A DNA stretch of 64,000 bases from a bacterium. GTDB lineage: Bacteria > Zhuqueibacterota > Zhuqueibacteria > Residuimicrobiales > Oceaniaggregativiventaceae. The translations under genes and the position numbers were made by a program. The stretch is taken from the NCBI GenBank assembly GCA_029565675.1, contig JAKQNP010000046.1, positions 107,595 through 171,594 of the forward strand, read 5' to 3'. Of this stretch, positions 17,516 through 27,115 are shown in pieces; the first letter of the stretch is position 1; each line of letters begins with the position of its first letter. The notes under the pieces are model-generated. The model did no database searches. It was not told the origin of the DNA and was given only the letters and a program-made list of their open reading frames with translations.

Positions 17516-19585
17516 ATGAACTCATTTCATTTGCACAGCGATTTTCAACTCCGCGGCGATCAGGCAACAGCTGTCGAACAGTTGGTCGATGGCCTGCAGA
17601 GAAACCAACGATGCCAGACTCTTTTGGGGGTGACCGGCAGCGGCAAAACCTTTACGATGGCCAAGGTGATCGAAACGATCGATCGACCCGCCCTGATCAT
17701 TTCACACAATAAAACTCTGGCCGCACAACTGTATGGCGAATTCAAGAGTTTTTTCCCGGAGAATGCAGTCGAATATTTTATCAGCTATTACGATTATTAT
17801 CAGCCTGAAGCCTATGTCCCGACCACGGACACTTATATCGAAAAAGACACCCAGATCAATGACGAGATAGACCGGTTGCGCCTCAAAGCGACCAGTTCCC
17901 TGCTTTCCCGCCGCGACGTGATCATCGTTGCCTCGGTCTCCTGCATTTACGGTTTGGGCAGGCCGGAAGACTGGCAAGAGCTGCTTCTTTTTATCGAACG
18001 CGGCCAATCGATCGATCGCGATCTGGTCATCCGCAAGTTGGTGGAGATTCATTACGAACGCAATGATATCGCCTTCGAACGCGGCATGTTTCGCGTGCGT
18101 GGCGATGTGATCGAACTGATCCCTGCCTATGAAAAAGAAGCCGTTCGCATCGAATGGTTCGGCGACGAGATCGAGACGATCTCGATCGTCGATGTGTTGA
18201 CCGGCGAGATCCGCAGCGAGTTGCAGCGAATCGGCATCTATCCGGCCAAACACTTTGTGACCCCGAATGCAAGATTGCGTCAGGCCATGCGGGAAATCGA
18301 GCGCGAATTGGCTGAGCGTTTAACGGAATTGCGGCGGGCCAATAAACTTCTCGAAGCGCAACGCCTCGAAAGCCGTACCCGCTACGACCTCGAGATGATC
18401 GATGAAATCGGTTATTGCAGCGGCATCGAAAATTATTCGCGCTATCTGTCCGGCCGCCAGCCCGGTGAACGCCCCTATACGCTCATCGACTATTTTCCCG
18501 ACGATTTTCTGACCATCATCGACGAATCGCATGTAACCATTCCACAAGTCCGCGGCATGTATTTCGGAGATCGTTCGCGCAAAGAAACGCTGGTGGAGCA
18601 TGGCTTTCGTTTGCCATCAGCATTCGACAACCGGCCGATGAATTTTGCAGAATTCGAGGCGGTCGTCGGCCAGATGATTTTTGTTTCAGCCACTCCCTCT
18701 GTGTATGAATTGGAAAAATCGAATGGCATTGTGGTCGAACAAATTATTCGCCCCACAGGATTGATGGATCCAGAAATTCTTGTCCGACCGACAAAGGGGC
18801 AAATCGATGATCTCATAGAAGAGATATCCCATTGCGTGGCGCGCCGGGAGAGAGTCTTGATCACCACCCTGACCAAACGCATGGCAGAAGATTTAACCGA
18901 ATACCTCGATCGCCACGGCATCCGGGTGCGCTACCTCCATTCGGAAATTGATGCCCTGGATCGCGTTGCGATTCTGCGCGATTTGCGGCTGGGCGAGTTC
19001 GATGTGCTGGTCGGTATCAACCTGTTGCGCGAAGGCCTGGATTTGCCTGAAGTCTCTTTGGTCGCCATTCTCGATGCCGACAAGGAAGGCTATTTGCGGT
19101 CAGAAAGATCACTGATCCAGACCGCCGGCAGGGCTGCGCGCAACGTCAACGGCCAGGTTCTTTTCTATGCAGACAAAATCACCGAATCGATGCGCAAGGC
19201 GATCGATGAAACCGCTCGCCGCCGCAAGATTCAGGCCGAATACAATGAGCGCCATGGAATCTTGCCGACGACCATCTTCAAGTCGGTTGAGGATGTACTG
19301 GGAGCCACACGGGTTGCGGATGCCAAACCACTCGACTATCCGCAGCAGGGCAAAAAAGAAGAAGATTTTCGCGCGATATTCAAAAAGCTCGACGACAGAC
19401 AACAGGCAGAGATGCTTGCTGAACTCGAAAAAAAAATGATGCAGGCAGCTTCCCGGCTCGAATTCGAACAGGCGGCTGGCTTGCGCGATGAAATCGATGA
19501 ATTGCGGTTGCTGAGCGATCCGACTATCGGCGCTGGGGTTGCCCAGGATGTCGGCCCGCGCCCTCGCAGGCACTATCGCAAGTAA
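17516..19585 (+). CDS. uvrB: Excinuclease ABC subunit B
   Basis: GVTGSGKTF Walker A is present, along with [10 protein letters not shown], a helicase C-terminal domain and the C-terminal UVR motif [14 protein letters not shown]. Confidence 0.95.
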   Translation: MNSFHLHSDFQLRGDQATAVEQLVDGLQRNQRCQTLLGVTGSGKTFTMAKVIETIDRPALIISHNKTLAAQLYGEFKSFFPENAVEYFISYYDYYQPEAYVPTTDTYIEKDTQINDEIDRLRLKATSSLLSRRDVIIVASVSCIYGLGRPEDWQELLLFIERGQSIDRDLVIRKLVEIHYERNDIAFERGMFRVRGDVIELIPAYEKEAVRIEWFGDEIETISIVDVLTGEIRSELQRIGIYPAKHFVTPNARLRQAMREIERELAERLTELRRANKLLEAQRLESRTRYDLEMIDEIGYCSGIENYSRYLSGRQPGERPYTLIDYFPDDFLTIIDESHVTIPQVRGMYFGDRSRKETLVEHGFRLPSAFDNRPMNFAEFEAVVGQMIFVSATPSVYELEKSNGIVVEQIIRPTGLMDPEILVRPTKGQIDDLIEEISHCVARRERVLITTLTKRMAEDLTEYLDRHGIRVRYLHSEIDALDRVAILRDLRLGEFDVLVGINLLREGLDLPEVSLVAILDADKEGYLRSERSLIQTAGRAARNVNGQVLFYADKITESMRKAIDETARRRKIQAEYNERHGILPTTIFKSVEDVLGATRVADAKPLDYPQQGKKEEDFRAIFKKLDDRQQAEMLAELEKKMMQAASRLEFEQAAGLRDEIDELRLLSDPTIGAGVAQDVGPRPRRHYRK

Positions 19586-19706
19586 GACAGGTCAAACACC
19601 CGGCCAGGAAACTTCGACATCGCGGGGATTGTGGATTCAAAACAGACTGTCCGCTCGAGTCGCGGACAGTGCAATGATCGCCCGAACATGAATTTGAGGG
19701 ATAGAA

Positions 19707-20990
19707 ATGAATATACTTGTGATCGGCAGCGGCGGACGCGAACACGCATTGGTTTATAAATTGAAGCAAAGCTCGCATGTCGACCGGATTTATTGTGTAC
19801 CCGGCAATGCCGGAATTGCCAAAGATGCGATATGCGCACCGATCAGTCCGCTCGATACCACCGGCTTGATCGACTTTGCCAGGCGCAACCATGTCGATTT
19901 TACAGTCGTCGGCCCCGAAGCGCCTCTGGTCAACGGGGTGATCGACGCTTTCGAGAACAACGGCATGCCGGCCTTTGGTCCCACACGGCTGGCCGCAGAA
20001 CTGGAAGGCAGCAAATGCTTTGCAAAAAATCTGATGCAGAAATACGGCATTCCGACTGCTGACTTTCGCATTTTTGACGATTTTAATCAGGCCAGGCGGT
20101 TCATTGCCAATCATCCCTATCCGCTGGTGATCAAAGCGGACGGTTTAGCCGCTGGCAAGGGCGCCATCGTCTGCCGCGACAAGGCAGCTGCTTTGGCGGC
20201 ACTCAAAAGGTTGCTCATCGATGCGGAATTCGGTCCTGCCGGAGAAAAAGTTGTGGTGGAAGAGTTTCTGCAGGGCGAAGAACTCTCGATCCTGGCGCTT
20301 TCCGACGGTGAACATCTGGCTTGTCTGGCACCCTCTCAGGATCATAAGCAAATCTTCGACGGCGACCGTGGTCCCAATACCGGTGGAATGGGTGCCTATG
20401 CGCCTACGCCGCAGGTCACACCGGAGTTGCTCGAAGATATTCTCCATCGTATTTTGCAGCCAACGGTCAAAGGGATGGCCCTTGAAGGTCGCCCGTTCAA
20501 GGGAGTACTATATGCCGGCTTGATGATGACTGATCAGGGCCCCAAAGTCCTGGAGTACAACTGCCGATTCGGTGACCCGGAAACTCAGGTCGTTTTACCT
20601 TTGGTGGAAGGCGATTTGTTGGAAGCTCTCCTGGCTGCCCATGACGGTCAACTGCATGAGGTCAAGTGGCGGCAAAAAAATGGTGCCGCCGTGTGTGTGG
20701 TCATTGCCTCAGGCGGATATCCCGATAAATATGAAAAAGGCAAGCCCATTTTTGGTTTGGAAACACCCTTGCCGCATAACATACTCATTTTTCACGCCGG
20801 AACACGACAACAAGGCAGTCAGATCGTTACCGAAGGCGGCAGAGTGCTGGGCGTAACCGCATTGGCCGATACGCTGATCGACGCCGTCAATGCGGTTTAC
20901 TCGGCAGTGGGAAAATTGACCTTTGACGGTGCCTATTATCGCCGCGACATCGCAGCCAAGGCCCTGATCCGGGGCAACCGCGGCCGCTGA
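19707..20990 (+). CDS. purD: Phosphoribosylamine--glycine ligase
   Basis: MNILVIGSGGREHAL opens a full-length ATP-grasp protein of 427 aa. Confidence 0.95.
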   Translation: MNILVIGSGGREHALVYKLKQSSHVDRIYCVPGNAGIAKDAICAPISPLDTTGLIDFARRNHVDFTVVGPEAPLVNGVIDAFENNGMPAFGPTRLAAELEGSKCFAKNLMQKYGIPTADFRIFDDFNQARRFIANHPYPLVIKADGLAAGKGAIVCRDKAAALAALKRLLIDAEFGPAGEKVVVEEFLQGEELSILALSDGEHLACLAPSQDHKQIFDGDRGPNTGGMGAYAPTPQVTPELLEDILHRILQPTVKGMALEGRPFKGVLYAGLMMTDQGPKVLEYNCRFGDPETQVVLPLVEGDLLEALLAAHDGQLHEVKWRQKNGAAVCVVIASGGYPDKYEKGKPIFGLETPLPHNILIFHAGTRQQGSQIVTEGGRVLGVTALADTLIDAVNAVYSAVGKLTFDGAYYRRDIAAKALIRGNRGR

Positions 20991-21141
20991 TCCGGCGATG
21001 TAAGGATTTATATTTTAAGGCTCGTCGCTTTGGGCTGCATCGTCAGTCTGCGAGTTTGCGCGGATTTGGCGATAAAACGACAGATCTCATGATTCTTTGC
21101 CTTTCAAGTACCAGTTGATTTGACGAAACAATCTAACAGGA

Positions 21142-22071
21142 GTGGAGATGAAAATACTGGTGACTGGGGGAGCCGGCTTTATCGGCTCCAATTTGGTGGA
21201 CGCCTGTCTGCAGGAGGGGCATCAAGTCTATGTGGTGGACAATTTTTCGACCGGAAGGCGCGAAAACCTTCCTGCCGATGTGCCGGTTTATCCGTTCAAT
21301 ATTCAAGATCCAAAAATGGATGACCTGTTTCGCCAGGAAAAATTCGAGGCAGTGTTTCATGAAGCGGCGCAAATGGACGTCCGCCGGTCAGTACAAGATC
21401 CGATTTTTGACGCCCAGAACAATATTCTGGGAACGATCAATTTGCTGCAGTGTTGTGCGAAATATCATGTTGGCAAGGTTATTTTCGCTTCCTCCGGCGG
21501 TGCGATCTATGGTGAACAGGTGCAATTTCCGGCAACCGAGAGCCATCCTCTGGCGCCCTATAGTCCATATGGCATCACCAAATTGGCCGGTGAAAAATAT
21601 CTCTTTTTCTATGCGCTGAACTATGGGCTGCAATATGTGGCTTTGCGCTATGCCAATGTCTATGGGCCCCGCCAGAATCCGCGCGGCGAAGCAGGAGTGG
21701 TGGCGATTTTTACCCGCATGCTGATCGATGGTGAACAACCCACCATAAACGGCGACGGCGAACAAACGCGCGATTTTGTTTTTGTCAAGGATGTGGTTGC
21801 CGCCAACCTGAAAGCGCTGAAATATGGAAAAAATGGCATGTTTAATATCGGTACCGGCAAAGAATCGACCATCAAGCAAGTTTTTCACCTCCTGGTCGAT
21901 CTGGTTGGCGCCGAGGCAGCAGAGAAATATGGTCCGGCAATGAGCGGCGAACAGTTCCGCAGCCTCATCGATCCCACCCTCGCCGCAAAAGAGTTGGGTT
22001 GGCAGCCGACCACTGACTTGCAGCAGGGCTTGCGAGAAACCGTCGATTTCTTCCGTCTACAAAACGGTTGA
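21142..22071 (+). CDS. NAD-dependent epimerase/dehydratase (UDP-glucose/UDP-GlcNAc 4-epimerase-like SDR)
   Basis: ILVTGGAGFIGSN Rossmann motif and a YxxxK-containing core are present. The start may be 21148 (MKILV). Confidence 0.85.
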   Translation: MEMKILVTGGAGFIGSNLVDACLQEGHQVYVVDNFSTGRRENLPADVPVYPFNIQDPKMDDLFRQEKFEAVFHEAAQMDVRRSVQDPIFDAQNNILGTINLLQCCAKYHVGKVIFASSGGAIYGEQVQFPATESHPLAPYSPYGITKLAGEKYLFFYALNYGLQYVALRYANVYGPRQNPRGEAGVVAIFTRMLIDGEQPTINGDGEQTRDFVFVKDVVAANLKALKYGKNGMFNIGTGKESTIKQVFHLLVDLVGAEAAEKYGPAMSGEQFRSLIDPTLAAKELGWQPTTDLQQGLRETVDFFRLQNG

Positions 22072-22265
22072 TCGAACAAGCTGTTTTATCTAATTTTAAC
22101 AGCTTTAAGTTACAGCACAGATTCTGTGTCAACAGAATCCGCCAAAATCTATTATATTAATTCTATTCACCGGTATCCGGTTGCCGGACACCAGTGAATT
22201 CTGTAACATTTGCAGCAAGAGCCATTTCCATCCGCTTGGTGCAAATACCTTGCTGTGTTTATTGG

Positions 22266-22292
22266 GAATTCGGTGCTTCGCACCGAATCCGG
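22266..22292 (+). promoter_or_regulatory. Palindromic leader element, copy 2: GAATTCGGTGCTTCGCACCGAATCCGG
   Basis: A perfect 8-bp inverted repeat TTCGGTGC-TTC-GCACCGAA, then TCCGG. It lies upstream of the sigma-54 activator gene. Confidence 0.4.
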
Positions 22293-22346
22293 CACTGTAA
22301 ATTGTCATTTTCGCACCTGTAAAAAGTCTCAAGACCGTGTCTTTTT

Positions 22347-22370
22347 TAATTCGGTTAACACCGAATCCGG
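22347..22370 (+). promoter_or_regulatory. Palindromic leader element, copy 3 (imperfect): TAATTCGGTTAACACCGAATCCGG
   Basis: It ends 8 nt before the GGAG RBS of the activator gene. This argues that the true start is ATG 22379, not 22337. Confidence 0.4.
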
Positions 22371-22378
22371 AGCACCAG

Positions 22379-23566
22379 ATGGATCCTATACTTAATTCCA
22401 AAATCGGGGTGGAAGAGTGGGAGCGCAAGCAGCAGGAAACCGGAATCTTTGGACAATCGCATGGCATTCGCCAATTGCTCGAGACGATTGAGCAGGTTGG
22501 GCCGACTGAATTGTCGGTATTGATTACCGGCGAAAGCGGCACCGGCAAGGAACTGGTGGCCAAAGCCATCCACAACGCCAGTTCTCGGCAAAACCACACT
22601 TTGGTCAGTGTCAACTGCGGCGCCATTCCCGAAGGCATCATTGAATCGGAATTATTCGGCCATGAAAAAGGTTCCTTCACTGGCGCGGTTGGCGGCCGCA
22701 AGGGATACTTTGAACTAGCTGACCGCGGCAGCATCTTTTTGGACGAAATCGGAGAATTGCCCTTGCCGACCCAGGTTAAATTGCTGCGTGTGCTGGAAGC
22801 GCGTGAATTTATGCGTGTCGGCGGCGTCGAAACGGTGCAGGTCGATGTGCGCTTTATCGCTGCCACCAATAAAGATCTCGAAACCGAGGTGCAGAAGGGC
22901 CATTTTCGCCAAGATCTCTATTATCGCCTGAATGCCCTGCACATCCAGGTGCCGGCGCTGCGCGAACGACCTGAGGATATCCCGATTCTCGTGCAAAAGT
23001 TTGCCATCGATTTTTCCCGCAACCAACATATCGAATTTGAAGGTTTCGCGGAAAATGCCTTTGCGCTGATGCGTTCTTATCACTGGCCGGGCAATATTCG
23101 TGAATTGAAGAATCTGGTTGAAAAAGTGATCGTGCTGGAGAAAGGTCAGCGCATCAGTGCCGACCGGCTGCGTCCTCATTTGCCTATTGCCTCGGTGAGT
23201 TCCCATTTACCTTTGGTCGTCAACAAGTCTAAAGATGAAGTGGAACGCGAGTTTATTTTTCGCATCCTCCTGGAAATCAAGAGCGAGATTGCTCAGCTGC
23301 GGGATATGCTGGCTGCTTCAAATCCCCAGTATTCTGTGCCGGCGTGGCGGGAGTTGGCGCCAATCCCCTTTAACGATGCTACGGCTGAAGCCGAAATCAA
23401 TGCCGGCGAAGGATCGGTGGCCGAGATGGAACGCCAGCTCATCCAGGAAACCTTGATGAAAACCAACGGCAACAAACGACGAGCTGCCCGGCTGCTGGGA
23501 CTGAGTGAACGCACTCTGTATCGCAAAATCAAGCGCTACGGTCTGGGAGGTCTGAATGAGATTTAA
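22379..23566 (+). CDS. Sigma-54-dependent transcriptional activator (bEBP) lacking an N-terminal receiver or sensor domain
   Basis: GESGTGKELVAKAIH Walker A, the GSFTGA (GAFTGA-like) sigma-54 contact loop and a C-terminal Fis-type HTH (RRAARLLGLSERTLYRKIKRYGL) are present. Only ~40 aa precede the AAA+ core. Confidence 0.85.
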   Translation: MDPILNSKIGVEEWERKQQETGIFGQSHGIRQLLETIEQVGPTELSVLITGESGTGKELVAKAIHNASSRQNHTLVSVNCGAIPEGIIESELFGHEKGSFTGAVGGRKGYFELADRGSIFLDEIGELPLPTQVKLLRVLEAREFMRVGGVETVQVDVRFIAATNKDLETEVQKGHFRQDLYYRLNALHIQVPALRERPEDIPILVQKFAIDFSRNQHIEFEGFAENAFALMRSYHWPGNIRELKNLVEKVIVLEKGQRISADRLRPHLPIASVSSHLPLVVNKSKDEVEREFIFRILLEIKSEIAQLRDMLAASNPQYSVPAWRELAPIPFNDATAEAEINAGEGSVAEMERQLIQETLMKTNGNKRRAARLLGLSERTLYRKIKRYGLGGLNEI

Positions 23567-24059
23567 AACCGTATTCTGCTGGGTCATTCTTTTCGGTTTA
23601 TTGCTGCTCTCCAATCAATGTATGTACTATTCTTTTTCCGGATCCATGGCTCCGCATTTGCGGAGCATCGCGATTCCGATGTTCGAAAACCGTACCGCCG
23701 AGTTTGGCATTGCGGAAGAGCTGACCGATTATATTACTCAGGAGTTTACTCAGGATAACACGCTGAAAATTGCCGATGCCGGCGATGCGGATGTGTTGTT
23801 GAACGGGACAATCATCTCAGTTGAAGAGCGTGCAGGAGGTTTTACAGATACCGAACAAGTGCAGGATATGAAAGTCTATCTCACCGTCGCTGTCCGTTGC
23901 ATCGATCAAGTCAAAAAACTAGATTTGTGGGAGCAACGACTGACCCAATGGGGGAGCTTTGAGCCGGGTGGAGGGGTTGAAGACCGAGCCGCCGCTGTCA
24001 CCCAGGCGATCGAGAAGATCAGTCAAGAAATTCTCAATAAAACCGTATCTGGCTGGTAG
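23556..24059 (+). CDS. Small secreted protein or lipoprotein, possibly LptE-like; its start overlaps the activator gene's stop by 11 nt
   Basis: There is an N-terminal hydrophobic helix then Cys. The size (~167 aa) and the IAIPMFENRT stretch are reminiscent of LptE-like proteins. Assignment is weak. Confidence 0.45.
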   Translation: MRFKTVFCWVILFGLLLLSNQCMYYSFSGSMAPHLRSIAIPMFENRTAEFGIAEELTDYITQEFTQDNTLKIADAGDADVLLNGTIISVEERAGGFTDTEQVQDMKVYLTVAVRCIDQVKKLDLWEQRLTQWGSFEPGGGVEDRAAAVTQAIEKISQEILNKTVSGW

Positions 24060-24111
24060 AGGTCTGTCGGCAAGAAAAATGGTTTGTAAACAATAAATTG
24101 TGGATATTTTA

Positions 24112-24140
24112 TTGGAAAAGTTGTAAATTATCTATATACT
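24112..24140 (+). promoter_or_regulatory. Sigma-70-like promoter: TTGGAA, 17-nt spacer, TATACT; about 250 nt upstream of the TPR/acidic protein gene
   Basis: Read from the sequence. An AT-rich UP-like region lies upstream. Confidence 0.4.
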
Positions 24141-24390
24141 ATTTCTGCAAATTGTCCTGTTTTACTGTACTATCTAGCAAGCGCCTGTGGGTGGCAGGCG
24201 TTGGGGTTGTTTCCGAGTTGTTCCGCCTGATTGGTGCATGCGCCATTCGCATCCGTTTGCCAAACAACTGATGGTTTAACTGAGCAGAGCCTGGCATCAC
24301 CAAATTCTGAGTACTGACCACGCCGACTGACGCAAACGGAAGGGCGTTGTAGCTAGCTGGTAAGTGGGGCTTGAAGGAGGAACGATCGTA

Positions 24391-25962
24391 ATGCAAGCAA
24401 ATTACGACGACGATGTTGTATTTTTAGAGAGCCGCTTGAAGGATAATCCCAAATCGATTCTTTTCGCGCGGCTGGCTGATATCTATCTCAAGAGCGATCA
24501 AACCGACAAAGCGATCGCTTTGCTGGAACGCGGTTTGAGCTATCACCCCAACTACGCCAGCGCTCACTTTATTCTGGCAAAATGCTTTTTCAAAAGCGAT
24601 GAATTCGATAAAACCGAACAAAAATTGAAAAAAGTGCTCAGCATCGAGCCGCGATTCCTCACTGCGCATAAGCTGTACGGCGACCTGCTGGCGAAACAGG
24701 GATGGAGAAAGAGCAGCGAAAAATGCTTTAGCCAACTCGCCGCGATAGATCCCTCCTTGGCAAGCCTGGCGCCTGCTCCGGCCAAAATCGAACCGCACGA
24801 AAGTCCAGCCGAGCGATTCTTTGAATCCGATGTCGCAAAAAAAGAACCGGAATTCGAGGTGCCGCCCCTGCCTAAAACACCGGTCGAAAAATTGACTGAA
24901 GAAATTTCGCCGCTGGATATCCCCGCTCCCGCTGAGACCGATACACTCGAGTTCGGCGAACGACAACCGGAAGATAAATCGACTGGTGTCTTGGAACTCG
25001 ATATCGACGATTTCAATCTGGTCGATTCCGAGAACACAACCGATGATGATCAACACCTGGTAGACGATATCAAAACCGCACAGGATATCGATTATCACGG
25101 CGATGAGTTTGAGGATGCCGAAGAGAGGTTTTCCAACATTCTCGACGACATTTTTAGCCCTCAGATCCGCGAAGAAGAGGAGGAGAGATCCCGAGCCGCG
25201 CTTGAACGATTGGACTCCTCAAGATTTTTTGACGAAAAAGACGACACAACGGCTCAATCTTCACCGGCAGAAACCATTTTGTCCCGCCAGCCCGCCCCAG
25301 CATCGGCTCAACGCTCGGACACCGTAAAAACAGCAGACTCGACCCCTCCACCGAACCGCATGCAGCCAAACGTCGACGAGACGCTTGATCTGGATCGCGA
25401 ATTCGTTCAGCGCGCCGCCCGACGTGAAGATGACGATGATTTGCTTTCATTCGACAGCTATCTCTCTGGCATGGAAGAAGAAACCGTTGAATCACCTGAT
25501 CTCGAATCGGCAATGCCGCAGCTCGATCAGGATCTCACAGAGGCCGAACCCGCTCTGGAACCGCTGCAAGTCGAGGATGAACTGGGCGAGCTGGATAATC
25601 TTGTCACAAAAACAGATGCCCCAGAAGATGAACCTTTGAGCGATATCTTCAACGCCTTACAAGAGACTGATGAGATCGTTACAGCTGCTGATCGCTCACC
25701 CGCCGAAAGCTCTCCCCGGTCAACCTTTATCGAGGAAGAGCTCCAGCGCAATGCGGCACCGATATCTGAGTCGGAGTCAAAAGACCGAACCAAAGAAAAA
25801 TTTGTGACTCCAACGTTGGGCGAAATCTACGCGGCCCAGGGTCAGTATGAAAAAGCAATCGATGTTTTTGAAATGCTCTCGAAACGACACCCAGAAAACG
25901 AGTGGTATCAGACCAAATTGCAGCACCTGCGCAAACGTCTCCAGGAAGAAAACGAGCATTGA
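24391..25962 (+). CDS. TPR-repeat protein with a ~300-aa highly acidic (D/E-rich), low-complexity central region
   Basis: TPR-like helices occur at both ends (LERGLSYHPNYASAHFILAKCF...; LGEIYAAQGQYEKAIDVFEMLSKRHPENEWYQ). An AAGGAGG RBS lies 9 nt before ATG 24391. Confidence 0.65.
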   Translation: MQANYDDDVVFLESRLKDNPKSILFARLADIYLKSDQTDKAIALLERGLSYHPNYASAHFILAKCFFKSDEFDKTEQKLKKVLSIEPRFLTAHKLYGDLLAKQGWRKSSEKCFSQLAAIDPSLASLAPAPAKIEPHESPAERFFESDVAKKEPEFEVPPLPKTPVEKLTEEISPLDIPAPAETDTLEFGERQPEDKSTGVLELDIDDFNLVDSENTTDDDQHLVDDIKTAQDIDYHGDEFEDAEERFSNILDDIFSPQIREEEEERSRAALERLDSSRFFDEKDDTTAQSSPAETILSRQPAPASAQRSDTVKTADSTPPPNRMQPNVDETLDLDREFVQRAARREDDDDLLSFDSYLSGMEEETVESPDLESAMPQLDQDLTEAEPALEPLQVEDELGELDNLVTKTDAPEDEPLSDIFNALQETDEIVTAADRSPAESSPRSTFIEEELQRNAAPISESESKDRTKEKFVTPTLGEIYAAQGQYEKAIDVFEMLSKRHPENEWYQTKLQHLRKRLQEENEH

Positions 25963-26017
25963 TCCGCGCAACAGAGGAGTTTGGCGCCATCGTTTGTCTT
26001 CACCCTCTGTGTGAGCC

Positions 26018-26929
26018 ATGAAAAGATCCGATCCTCATTCATATCCGCAAATAGCGGTGGTGATTGTTACCTTTAACAATTTTCCGATCATCAGCAGTTG
26101 TCTCGCCGCTCTGAAATCCGCATTGCGCAATATTTCAAGTCAAGTCATTGTGGTCGATAACCTGAGCACAGATGGCACCCGGCAATCCTTGCGCAAAGCG
26201 CAGTCTGTACTGGGGGAGAACGTTCCCTTTGACTTGATCTTGAATCCAGAAAACAAAGGCTTTACCCGCGCAATCAATCAAGGACTGCAAAGAGTCAAAG
26301 CCGATTTCGTTCTGCTTCTCAATCCCGATGTTTTGTTGCAGGACGAAACCCTGCCGGTATTGTTCGCCTGTTTCGAACAAAACCGGACCGGCGTGGTCGC
26401 ACCGCAAATGCGCTATCTTCAGGGAGAGGTCCAGGCCTCGTGCCGGCGCTTCCCCCGCCTCAGAGATGTCTTCTATACCGCCGTCGGCTTGAGCCGCCTG
26501 TTTCCCGCCAATGCCGAATTCAACCGATGGAAAATGGGGGATTTTGACCATCGCAGTTCCCGGGTGGTCGATCAGCCCCAGGGCGCTTTCCTGCTCTTCC
26601 CGACAGCAGTTTTGCACAAGGTCGGTCTTTGGGATGAATCGTTCTGGTTGTTTTTCAGCGACGTCGATTGGTGCAGACGGGTTATCGCCAGCGGGATGCA
26701 GATCTATTTCTGTGCCGATACTTTTGTCCTGCATAAAAAAGGCGACAGCATCTATCGCAACCGGCTCTACACTGTTGTTTCATCGCATCGCTCCTTTGTA
26801 CACTATTTTGATAAAACCGTCACCACCTCGATTGAACGGTTTGGCACGAGAATTGTACATTTGTTCTTGTTAACAGTGTGTTGGTGGCGGTTGCTTTTGA
26901 TTTCAATCGCCGTCGACCGAAAGCGCTGA
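26018..26929 (+). CDS. Family 2 glycosyltransferase
   Basis: VVIVTFNN...VVDNLSTDGT is a GT2 N-terminal signature. Confidence 0.85.
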   Translation: MKRSDPHSYPQIAVVIVTFNNFPIISSCLAALKSALRNISSQVIVVDNLSTDGTRQSLRKAQSVLGENVPFDLILNPENKGFTRAINQGLQRVKADFVLLLNPDVLLQDETLPVLFACFEQNRTGVVAPQMRYLQGEVQASCRRFPRLRDVFYTAVGLSRLFPANAEFNRWKMGDFDHRSSRVVDQPQGAFLLFPTAVLHKVGLWDESFWLFFSDVDWCRRVIASGMQIYFCADTFVLHKKGDSIYRNRLYTVVSSHRSFVHYFDKTVTTSIERFGTRIVHLFLLTVCWWRLLLISIAVDRKR

Positions 26930-27115
26930 CAGCTGCCAGCAAGGACTAATTTAACTCATTATTAAATAAAGCAATAAATTGATTTTCGTAATTCCGGTGT
27001 CGATCGATTGCATAGCATAAAGCAATTGTTTTATTCAACTGGGTCATCGCCGAGACATCCTGAAACGCGGTGATGACATAAATGCACCAATTCGGAACAT
27101 TCGGAAACGATCGCG

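Noticed and set aside
22285-22310. Sigma-54 promoter-like GGCAC...TTG upstream of the activator gene
   Set aside because: The -24 GG to -12 element spacing is 11 nt instead of the strict 10 and there is no GC at -12, so it is not a credible RpoN promoter.
22337-22378. Upstream ATG 22337 as the start of the sigma-54 activator
   Set aside because: The palindromic element copy 3 and the GGAG RBS lie downstream of it. ATG 22379 (MDPILNS) has proper RBS spacing.
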